Source of the DNA: Candidatus Asgardarchaeum abyssi
Lineage (GTDB): Archaea > Asgardarchaeota > Asgardarchaeia > Asgardarchaeales > Asgardarchaeaceae
Direction of reading: 5' to 3'
DNA: 15,853 nucleotides
Assembly: GCA_040225955.1 (NCBI GenBank)
Contig: JBECUL010000049.1
Location: 1-15,853, forward strand
Shown here: positions 9,169 through 15,853 of the stretch, piece after piece
Numbering within the stretch: position 1 is the stretch's first letter
Layout of the letters: the number at the start of each line of letters is the position of its first letter
Notes under the pieces: model-generated
Database searches by the model: none
What the model was told of the DNA's origin: nothing
The model's input: the letters and a program-made list of their open reading frames with translations, nothing else
Program-made: the position numbers and the translations under genes

Positions 9169-9397
9169 AGTCAGCTGTCGGTGTACTGCAGCTTCGCATC
9201 GATTCGCTCGGCGATTGAAGACGCTATTCTGGAGTAGTATTGACTATTATCGAGTTTTTGTTCAAAAGTCTTTAAACATTCTTCTGCGTCAATTAATGAT
9301 GTGTTAGTGTAGGGCATGTGCTGGAAAGTGGCGGGACGATGCTATAAACCTTGCGGTGATGCAGACGACTCCCGCTACTTTTCCACTAACTCTTTTT
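9169..9397 (+). ncRNA. Candidate structured ncRNA with a k-turn, family unassigned
   Basis: GC-enriched; stems GTTAGTG/CACTAAC and GGAAAGTGGCGGGA/TCCCGCTACTTTTCC, k-turn at 9333-9342/9361-9373, multi-hairpin 5' domain at 9169-9245, G-U pairs on the + strand, TATA-like TATATATAA at 9153-9161, 3' TCTTTTT. Confidence 0.55.
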
Positions 9398-9468
9398 CAA
9401 GTGCCGAAAAAAGCTACAAGGTAAAAATCATATATAACAAATCTTCTTTTTGTTTTATTGGTGATAAA

Positions 9469-10086
9469 ATGAGAGATCTAATTGATATTATTAACTCTAG
9501 GTGTTCTATAAGGCACTTTGAGTTGAAACCTATACCTAATGATATAATAGATAAGATAATCAAAGCTGGTATCAGAGCTCCTACTGCAAGTGCCGCTGAG
9601 CAATGGTTTTTCGTTGTTATTGAAAAAGAGACTGTTAGAAAGAGACTCTTTGACTTAATAATAAAAGCGCATATAATTTATGCAGAGAAGGTTTTAAGAA
9701 GGATGGCTGATGAGAAAAAGCTGGCAGAGTGGAAGGAAAAAATAATTAGAGAGAAAAGGTATTATGCTCCCTTATATATTGCTGCCTATGTAGATTTGAG
9801 AGAAAAAGTCTGTAAAGATGAATATTCAGATTTTGAATACTTGTGGGCAGTTCAAAGTCTCTCGGCAGCGATCGAAAATATGATTCTCACAGCTTGGAGC
9901 ATGGGCATAGGCTCTGTGTGGCTCGGTGTTCCAATGCTGATGAAAGATGAATTTAATGAAGTTTTGGGAATAAAAGACAAAAACTTGGATTTGATGGCAA
10001 TTCTAGCACTTGGTTATCCATCAAAAGAACCACGAATAAAAGGCAGAAAGAAAGACATCAACAAAGTTACTGTGTTTATCAAATAG
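9469..10086 (+). CDS. Nitroreductase family flavoprotein
   Basis: IINSRCSIRHF, RAPTASAAEQWFFVV, AAIENMILTAWSMGIGSVW and LALGYP motifs; start ATG 9469 with GGTGA RBS and its own TATA-like box (~9430-9436). The ORF-track extension from 9316 is probably spurious. Confidence 0.92.
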   Translation: MRDLIDIINSRCSIRHFELKPIPNDIIDKIIKAGIRAPTASAAEQWFFVVIEKETVRKRLFDLIIKAHIIYAEKVLRRMADEKKLAEWKEKIIREKRYYAPLYIAAYVDLREKVCKDEYSDFEYLWAVQSLSAAIENMILTAWSMGIGSVWLGVPMLMKDEFNEVLGIKDKNLDLMAILALGYPSKEPRIKGRKKDINKVTVFIK

Positions 10087-10163
10087 CGTCTTATTTTCTC
10101 GGAGCTTCTGCACTAATTAAGGTGAAAAATCCGTATTTTATATTAGAAATGTCGTTCCAACTT

Positions 10164-10219
10164 TTGACGCTCTTCATGGCTAAAGCTGGGAGATTCTTAT
10201 TTTTTACGGGTTCCATTTT
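10164..10219 (-). mobile_element. IS200/IS605 right end (copy 2), possibly a 56-bp miniature element
   Basis: Minus strand TTAC|AAAATGGAACCCGTAAAAAATAA-GAAT-CTCCCAGCTTTAGCCATGAAG-AGCG-TCAA; homologous to 8642-8689 over ~49 nt, including an exact AAGAATCTCCCAGCTTTAGC. Confidence 0.75.
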
Positions 10220-10284
10220 GTAACCATAAAATTATATATATTTGTGCATAGCCAAATAAATAGTTGATATCGGAGGAAAATAAA

Positions 10285-10656
10285 ATGAGAATCGCTATTC
10301 CATCTAATGATAACAAGGGCTTGGAGGGTTACATAGGAGAACATTTTGGTAGAGTTGCTTACTATGTTTTTGTAGATATAAAAGATAATAAGATCATTAA
10401 CGTTGAAGTTGAGGAAAATCCATCTGCTATGAGTCATGCAGCAGGGCAGATACCACAATATCTAAAAAGTAGGGGTGTTGACGTAGTTATAGCTATGGGT
10501 ATGGGACTTAGAGCAAAGCAGTGGTTTGAGCAGCTGGGAATTAAAGTAATCACTGGTGCTCAGGGGAAAATAAAAGATATCATAGATGACTATCTTAAGG
10601 GAAAGTTAAAAAGTGTACCATATGAGCCTAAACACAGGTTTCATGAACTTTACTGA
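10285..10656 (+). CDS. NifB/NifX family (dinitrogenase Fe-Mo cofactor-binding domain, MTH1175-like) protein
   Basis: MRIAIPS..EHFGRVAYY, VEENP, GVDVVIAMGMG, GIKVITG motifs; GGAGG RBS before ATG 10285. Confidence 0.9.
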   Translation: MRIAIPSNDNKGLEGYIGEHFGRVAYYVFVDIKDNKIINVEVEENPSAMSHAAGQIPQYLKSRGVDVVIAMGMGLRAKQWFEQLGIKVITGAQGKIKDIIDDYLKGKLKSVPYEPKHRFHELY

Positions 10657-10669
10657 TAGACGTTGACAC

Positions 10670-11025
10670 ACTCTTCTAATCACCTTACTTGAACCACATC
10701 TTAGACATACTCTTGAAGTCTTATATTCACTAACCTTTACTACCTCTATTCCAGGAGGTAGTCTTTCCAGTCTCTCAAGTCTCCTTAGTTTTAGGAAACT
10801 CCTCCAAGCCTTGTTGTTCTTTTCTAATGACTTGTTGTGCTGTTGCTGAGTCTATTAATGGGGCATATTTCCTATATAGATGCTTGGGATGCCACGAGAA
10901 CCTCTTATAGCGGACATACGCTTGCCTGCGTTCGAAGTTAATCTCATTCCACAGTCTAGCACAGTTATCAGCAAATTCCCATAAAGTTGGTTTGTCCTCA
11001 ATTATGAATGTGTTTGTTCTCGCAT
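10670..11025 (-). pseudogene. tnpB: tnpB pseudogene (two frameshifts, large in-frame internal deletion, truncated)
   Basis: Manual translation MR/RTNTFIIEDKPTLWEFADNCARLWNEINFERRQAY..YAPLIDSATAQQVI/KNNKAWRSFLKL..LPP|GIEVVKVSEYKTSRVCLRCGS: TnpB N-terminal region joined to the segment around the ExxTSxxCxxCG zinc-finger start. Confidence 0.85.
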
Positions 11026-11141
11026 TTCTTAATTAACCTCTAAATTACGTCCTCATAAGGTTCTCTGCGGTGAACTCTTAATTTATCAAGTTCCTTTTTC
11101 AGTCTCCGACTAACTGCTATCGTGGTCTTTTCATTACTCAT
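10998..11141 (-). pseudogene. Small ribbon-helix-helix/antitoxin-like gene inside the IS, with an in-frame TAG
   Basis: MSNEKTTIAVSRRLKKELDKLRVHRREPYEDVI*RLIKKCENKHIHN; AGGTG RBS; TTIxVS..LDKL..YEDVIxRLI pattern of small archaeal RHH proteins; TAG at 11040-11042; overlaps the tnpB start. Confidence 0.65.
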
Positions 11142-11526
11142 AATTACACCTGATTATTACTAATTAGAAAAAAATATTATTTAAACCATCGACCCATTTA
11201 TCTCCCTGCTAAAGCAGGGAGCTTTCTGGCGTCAACTTTGTAAAGGTTTAATCTCTTGCATTGTCACATAAAAGTAAAAGTGTGATTTATTTTCCGCAAA
11301 TTGTTTTATCAATTATGTTTTGCCTATGTTTCTTCTACCGAAAATAATAACTAGTTAAGCCTTGTCCTCATTCCATAATCTTTCCAGGAAATTTAATTCA
11401 TGCTCTATTAATGAAGATCATAATTATACCCAAAAGTATTATATTAACGTTATGAAAAGTTTACGAAAGCACATATGTACTAAAAACATTTTAATAAAGG
11501 AGTAATCATAAATCATATGATAAAAA

Positions 11527-12207
11527 ATGACAGATTATAGAGTGAAAATAGAAGCCGTGAATAAACTTATTCTATTAAAAGAGCTTTTCACGTATCGCGA
11601 GTTGGAAAAAAAGTTAGGAATACGCACTCCGGTCTTAGCGAGATATGTTTCTTATAAAAATTTGCCTAATGTGAAAAGGGCACAAAAGATAATTTCCCTT
11701 TTTAATTCAATTGGCATCTCTGAGCTTATTAGAAAAAAAGTTAGTTTCTCTGGAGATATTATTGACATTTCATCAGTTTTATCGGATGTTCTATTACTTC
11801 GCTGGTTGGCTGAAAAAATTGATGTTGCGGCCGATGTTGTATTAACGATGGCAGTTGATGGGATAACATTTGGAACCATTGTCGCTGAGAAGTTAAAAGC
11901 CAAAATAGCTTACGTTAAAGATAGAGAGGAAACAGGTGTCAGGAGCTTTTATCAAATCACAATGACTTATGATCCAGGAATTCATCAAAGGAAATTCTAC
12001 CTTCCTAAGAAACTGCTTAAAAAAGATGATCGAGTATTAATAGTCGATGATATATTGCGGACTGGAAAAACTTTTGAGGCTTTAATTAAAATAGCTGAAA
12101 AAGCAAAAGCCGAAATTGTTGGAGGAGCTGTTATTTTTTCAAAGAGAGATATTATAGAAGATTTCAGAAAAAGATTGCCTAAATTTTACGTATTTTACGA
12201 ATTCTAG
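11527..12207 (+). CDS. HTH-phosphoribosyltransferase fusion (PurR-like archaeal regulator)
   Basis: N-terminal HTH (TYRELEKKLGIRTPVLARYV..LP) plus type I PRTase PRPP loop VLIVDDILRTGKT; convergent with guaA. Confidence 0.85.
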   Translation: MTDYRVKIEAVNKLILLKELFTYRELEKKLGIRTPVLARYVSYKNLPNVKRAQKIISLFNSIGISELIRKKVSFSGDIIDISSVLSDVLLLRWLAEKIDVAADVVLTMAVDGITFGTIVAEKLKAKIAYVKDREETGVRSFYQITMTYDPGIHQRKFYLPKKLLKKDDRVLIVDDILRTGKTFEALIKIAEKAKAEIVGGAVIFSKRDIIEDFRKRLPKFYVFYEF

Positions 12208-12210
12208 TAG

Positions 12211-13878
12211 CTATATAAGCTCTATTGTGCTAGGGGGTTTTGTTGTAATCTCATAACCCACATATTTAATAGAATTGAATCTTAAAGCGTATCTTGCAAT
12301 TTTCCTCAACTCCGTTATTGGAACATTTGCTGGCGTAGCGGTCATAAAATCTTCTGTAGTGACGGCACGAATTACAATTGCATCCTTTCCTTTTATGTAG
12401 TTCCCCATAACTTTAGCAATAACTCTCGTTATATTCTTGTATTTGCTTGTTAAACGGCTTTGAAGTTTTAGAAGATCATAATATGATAAGCTGTCCCAAT
12501 CTATATCCACACTAAGTATGTTTGCTAAGACCCTACTATCGCCTTTCACGCCTATAGAACCTACTTCAAATACAAATCCATCACTAACACGATGGCCAAT
12601 AATTGGAATCATAGCTGCAAAATATTGAGAGTACCTATACTTGCTAAGAAAAGTACTGGTAACATGAGTGATTTCCCTTAGTATGTCAACTTTACTCTTA
12701 GTAATTCGGCCAATAATTCTAACAGCCAATCCCGGACCAGGAAATGGTTGTCTATTAACGATATAATCTGGTAGTCCTAACGCTTTAGCTAAAAGCCTAA
12801 CTTGATATTTAAATAATGGCTTCAATGGCTCTATAATTTTCAAATTTAATTTCTCAGGCAAACCTCCGACGTTATGGTGTATCTTTATAAATCCCGATCC
12901 CCTGGAATCATCACCCCTTGTAGATTCAATAACATCAGGTGCTATAGTCCCTTGAATTAAATACTTTGCACCTACAGATTTTGCCTCCTCCTCGAATATA
13001 TCAATAAACAATTTTCCAATTATTCTTCTACGCTCATCTGGGTCTAATACATCTTTAACAGCGTCAAAAAACATATCAGAAGCATCTATGTATTTGACGT
13101 CAAACATTTTAAAGATCTTACCCAGTTTGTCCTCTTTTCTCATAAAACCATGGTCCACAAAAATTATATGAGTATCAATGCCAGCCTTTCTTGCAAGAGC
13201 AGCGCAAGTTGTTGAGTCAACACCACCAGAAAAACCGAGAATTGCAACTCCATTGATATTTTCCCTCAGATACTCTATTGTTTTATTTATAAAAATCTTA
13301 ACATCCCAACTTCTCTTCTCTTCCTTACAAATCTTAAATGCAAAGTTCCTTAAAATGACGTTACCCTTAAGTGTATGGGACACTTCTGGATGAAATTGAA
13401 CACCATATATATTATCCCCTACCTTATATGCAGCAATCTTACATAAATCGGTGGAGCCAAGAATCTCTCCAGATGGAGGAATAGAAAAAACCTCATCACG
13501 ATGACTCATCCAAACAATTTCCTCTTTGTCTAACCCTTTGAAGAGTATATCTTGCCGAGGTCTAAAAATGGAAAAACCAAACTCTGGAGTACCTCTACCT
13601 ATCTCTCCACCAAGAAGATATGCAATCAATTGATGACCATAGCAAATACCGAGAATCGGTACATCAAGGTCAAAGATCCGTTTATCTATAGTTTTCGCAT
13701 CTCTCTCATATACCGAGTATGGACCACCACTTAAAATAATTCCTTTTAGATTATTCACCTTTTTCAATTCGTCATATGTTTTAACGCTTATGTTTTCAAC
13801 GCCTAGTTCGTTTAGCCTATTTGCTATAAGGTATACGTACTGCCCGTGAAAATCAATAATTGCTATCAATATGATCAC
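12211..13878 (-). CDS. guaA: GMP synthase (glutamine-hydrolysing), fused GATase and ATP-pyrophosphatase domains
   Basis: IIDFHGQY, LSGGPYSV, GICYGHQ (catalytic Cys), QFHPE, PP-loop SGGVDS, IKIHHNVGGLP, PFPGPGL, KPPSTIE; start probably GTG 13878 or TTG 13869 rather than 13932. Confidence 0.96.
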   Translation of the reverse strand: MIILIAIIDFHGQYVYLIANRLNELGVENISVKTYDELKKVNNLKGIILSGGPYSVYERDAKTIDKRIFDLDVPILGICYGHQLIAYLLGGEIGRGTPEFGFSIFRPRQDILFKGLDKEEIVWMSHRDEVFSIPPSGEILGSTDLCKIAAYKVGDNIYGVQFHPEVSHTLKGNVILRNFAFKICKEEKRSWDVKIFINKTIEYLRENINGVAILGFSGGVDSTTCAALARKAGIDTHIIFVDHGFMRKEDKLGKIFKMFDVKYIDASDMFFDAVKDVLDPDERRRIIGKLFIDIFEEEAKSVGAKYLIQGTIAPDVIESTRGDDSRGSGFIKIHHNVGGLPEKLNLKIIEPLKPLFKYQVRLLAKALGLPDYIVNRQPFPGPGLAVRIIGRITKSKVDILREITHVTSTFLSKYRYSQYFAAMIPIIGHRVSDGFVFEVGSIGVKGDSRVLANILSVDIDWDSLSYYDLLKLQSRLTSKYKNITRVIAKVMGNYIKGKDAIVIRAVTTEDFMTATPANVPITELRKIARYALRFNSIKYVGYEITTKPPSTIELI

Positions 13879-14142
13879 TTTTGTTACTTTGTTTTGGTTA
13901 AAAAAGAATATTATATAATTGTTTTTTAACATAATTTTGTTAATAAAATCTCCTTTTATAGGATAGTTATATAATGGTTATAGCAGTTTATATTCAGAGA
14001 ATATTTCTTTCGCTAACAGGAAAGCGAGCCTATTTTTAAGAATGATTTTTTTGAGAAGAACGGCTGTCTAATATGGAATTGTCGCAAAAATATTTCAATA
14101 TATTTAAATATATATATCTATCTTATAATGTTGGTGACCCTT

Positions 14143-14433
14143 ATGGGAATAATACTTGTTAAAATCAGTGATGAAACTGAGAAAAAACTCAGAGAAGCTG
14201 CAATCATGCGTTTTGGTGCCAAAAAAGGAAGTTTATCAAAAGCTGTTGAGGAAGCAATTAACATGTGGATCGACTCTTTAAAAATAAGCAGAGAAGAGAA
14301 AGTTGATTGGGATACATTGAGAGTTAGAGTTAAAGACAAAAAATTGACCGAAAAGCTTTTGGAAGAAAGTAAAAAAGTAGACAAGAAAAGAATTTCAAAA
14401 ATGTTAGAAGTGCTGGGGTTGGAGGACAAGTGA
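14143..14433 (+). CDS. vapB: RHH/CopG-type antitoxin (VapB-like)
   Basis: MGIILVKISDETEKKLRE..KGSLSKAVEEAI RHH pattern; GGTGA RBS; stop overlaps the PIN gene start (TGATG). Confidence 0.8.
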   Translation: MGIILVKISDETEKKLREAAIMRFGAKKGSLSKAVEEAINMWIDSLKISREEKVDWDTLRVRVKDKKLTEKLLEESKKVDKKRISKMLEVLGLEDK

Positions 14434-14900
14434 TGCAAAAATTTGCAATCGATACGAGTGTTTGGATAGAGAGCATTGCTGAAAATTCTGAGTATTTTGA
14501 AATAGCATCAAGATTTATTGATGGAATTGATAAGGGGAAAATTACTGCGATAGTGACTCCCATAACAGTTGCAGAAACTTATTATATTTCTTATAAACTT
14601 TATAAAGAAGTAGGATTGGATGAAAATGAGGCAATTTTTCGAGCTAAGCTTCTTTTTAACACTTTTTTCTCTCATAGGAATATTAAAGTGATAGCCATTA
14701 GCAAAGATCTTTCTCTGGTAGCTGGCGAAATAAAAAGAAAGTATCATATATCTTTATCAGATTCATTTTTATTAGCTGCTGCAAGGCATGAAAATGGAGT
14801 TGCGGTATTTCGAAAAATTGAGAAGGAGATGGAACCATATATAGCTGACTTGAGAGAAAACTTTGAGATTGTATTTTTAAGTGAAATAAGAATAAAATAA
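14433..14900 (+). CDS. vapC: PIN-domain toxin (VapC-like)
   Basis: FAIDTSVWI, ITVAETYY and ISLSDSFLLAAA motifs. Confidence 0.88.
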   Translation: MQKFAIDTSVWIESIAENSEYFEIASRFIDGIDKGKITAIVTPITVAETYYISYKLYKEVGLDENEAIFRAKLLFNTFFSHRNIKVIAISKDLSLVAGEIKRKYHISLSDSFLLAAARHENGVAVFRKIEKEMEPYIADLRENFEIVFLSEIRIK

Positions 14901-15014
14901 TTTCTCAGTCTTTTTACGGGCATTAGCATGTCTACTCTCAATTAACAATACTTTTTACATAAAAATGTTAAAAATAATTTATATATAATTTAATTTTAAC
15001 ACAAAAATATAAAG

Positions 15015-15752
15015 GTGAATTTTATGTTAGAGCTGCTCTTTAAGGATTTACAACAAATAAAAGCTATTAGAAAAGAGGCAATAGAGTTCTCTGGTATGAA
15101 ATTTAGAGGTCAAGGACTTAAGTTTATCGACGGAAAGCCAATTTGGATTCAAAACGGTAAACCATATTATATATTCCTCTTAATGAAATTATCTGGTCGC
15201 TTTATGCAACACCCAGCTATTCTTAATGAAATTTCCAACATAATAGCTAGAATTGTTGACTTTTCAAAAGTTGATAAAATATTAACCTTGGAAACGATGG
15301 GGATTCATATATCAACAGCTCTCTCTTTAAGAACTAAAAAGCCACTAGCAATAGCTGGAAAGATAAAATATTATGATGAGGTAACTTCGTGGGAGCCGCC
15401 TCACCAAATCGAAGTTACTAAAAAGACGGGATATGGTGTTTCGAAGCTATACATTAACGATATATTCCCAGAAGATAAAGTTATGATTTTTGACAGCATA
15501 ATCAGTACTGGTGGAAGTTTTACTTCATTGATAAAAAGGTTGAAAGAAAGACGAATAGAGATTGTGGATGCTGTAGCTGTATTGGAAAAAGTAGACTATG
15601 GAGGAGTCGAAAAGATAAAAAGAGAAACTGGAATTGATGTAAAGACTCTAATTAGAATTAAAATAAAAGATGTCAGAGAGCGTAATGCACATCTAGAGGT
15701 AACAGCAGATATCTCTCCTACGGAATATTTAATCAAATATGATTCATCATGA
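15015..15752 (+). CDS. Divergent archaeal Hpt/Apt-like type I phosphoribosyltransferase
   Basis: VDKILTLETMGIHISTALSL, TGYG..LYIN, PRPP loop IFDSIISTGGS, TGIDVKTLIRI; start GTG 15015 or ATG 15024. Confidence 0.85.
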   Translation: MNFMLELLFKDLQQIKAIRKEAIEFSGMKFRGQGLKFIDGKPIWIQNGKPYYIFLLMKLSGRFMQHPAILNEISNIIARIVDFSKVDKILTLETMGIHISTALSLRTKKPLAIAGKIKYYDEVTSWEPPHQIEVTKKTGYGVSKLYINDIFPEDKVMIFDSIISTGGSFTSLIKRLKERRIEIVDAVAVLEKVDYGGVEKIKRETGIDVKTLIRIKIKDVRERNAHLEVTADISPTEYLIKYDSS

Positions 15753-15776
15753 CCACTTAAAATCCCTTCTATTAAA

Positions 15777-15803
15777 AAGTCTGATATGAAAAACTTATAA
15801 CTT
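15777..15803 (+). promoter_or_regulatory. Archaeal BRE/TATA promoter facing out of the right end
   Basis: AAGTCTGATATGAAAAACTTATAACTT, 26/27 identical to the minus-strand 127-153 promoter. Confidence 0.75.
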
Positions 15804-15828
15804 CGTCGCTCGTTCTTTAAGATTTAAA

Positions 15829-15853
15829 GAGGGTGCGTGCGGCCGCCGGCTTT
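15829..15853 (+). ncRNA. Start of a GC-rich transcript related to the left-end leader; truncated by the window
   Basis: GGGTGCGTGCGGCCGCCGGCTTT versus left-end minus strand GGGAGCCTAGGGGCCGCCGATTT, at a similar distance from the TATA box. Confidence 0.4.

Larger units (their letters stand above)
10663..11239 (-). mobile_element. Internally deleted, non-autonomous IS200/IS605-family element (577 bp) inserted 3' of TTAC
   Basis: Left end TTAC|AAAGTTGACGCCAG-AAAG-CTCCCTGC-TTTA-GCAGGGAG (perfect 8-bp hairpin 11202-11221; the AAAG guide and TTAC target pairing is as in IS608); right tip GAGTGTGTCAA at 10663 without its hairpin; tnpB remnant inside; no tnpA. Confidence 0.85.

Noticed and set aside
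9169-9245. tRNA gene
   Set aside because: Cloverleaf-like, but no TTC T-loop in the right place, no 7-nt anticodon loop and wrong arm lengths.
9323-9384. SECIS element, cobalamin riboswitch or fluoride riboswitch
   Set aside because: K-turn orientation is opposite to SECIS, there is no AUGA core and no adjacent in-frame UGA gene; riboswitch consensus motifs match only in fragments.
9316-9468. Cys-rich N-terminal extension of the nitroreductase
   Set aside because: The family domain begins at ATG 9469, which has its own RBS and TATA-like box; the extension overlaps the structured RNA.
10148-10167. Right-end/left-end junction after right end 2 (TCAA|AAGTTGGAACG versus left end AAAGTTGACG)
   Set aside because: Only ~6-7 nt match and no left-end hairpin follows.
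10285-10656. Nitrogen fixation function
   Set aside because: Stand-alone NifB/NifX-domain proteins are common in non-diazotrophic archaea, and no nif genes are present.
8631-10660. 10-nt complementarity between the flanks of right ends 1 and 3 (TCTATCAGTA 8631-8640 / TACTGATAGA 10651-10660) as TnpB self-targeting
   Set aside because: The match is short, and TTAC overlaps it rather than preceding the guide start, so the register is wrong; probably chance.
11040-11042. Pyrrolysine/amber readthrough in the small RHH gene
   Set aside because: It lies within a clearly decaying element, and other genes here use TAG as a normal stop.
493-14941. Antisense ORFs in the track (e.g. 493-882, 2412-2774, 3004-3279, 4529-4756, 11652-11903, 13178-13393, 14118-14438, 14508-14747)
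   Set aside because: They are shadows of well-supported genes on the opposite strand and show no recognisable motifs.
1-15853. Whole window as a transposon or linear element with terminal inverted repeats
   Set aside because: The inverted similarity centres on a promoter, is offset from the ends, is diverged downstream, and encloses housekeeping genes with no transposase, integrase or replication gene.

Overview
AT-rich archaeal DNA (BRE/TATA promoters, GGTGA/GGAGG ribosome-binding sites, archaeal gene families; GC-rich structured islands in an AT-rich background suggest a thermophile, by inference). Left to right: a dedicated ECF importer (fused double ATPase, S, T, small membrane protein), an ABC-2 exporter pair, a one-Cys OsmC protein, a HEPN/MNT pair, a nitroreductase, a NifB/NifX-family protein, an internally deleted IS200/IS605 (IS608-like ends) element with tnpB and small RHH-type pseudogenes plus two more co-oriented orphan right ends, and a purine cluster (HTH-PRTase regulator, fused guaA, divergent Hpt-like PRTase) interrupted by vapBC. 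Signals missed by the ORF track: (i) a ~230-nt candidate structured RNA at 9169-9397 with a well-formed k-turn that I cannot assign to a known family; (ii) near-identical outward-facing promoters (26/27 nt) at both window ends, leading into related GC-rich leaders; (iii) three IS605 right ends sharing one left end and bracketing cargo genes. All family assignments come from motif recognition by eye; no database searches were run.
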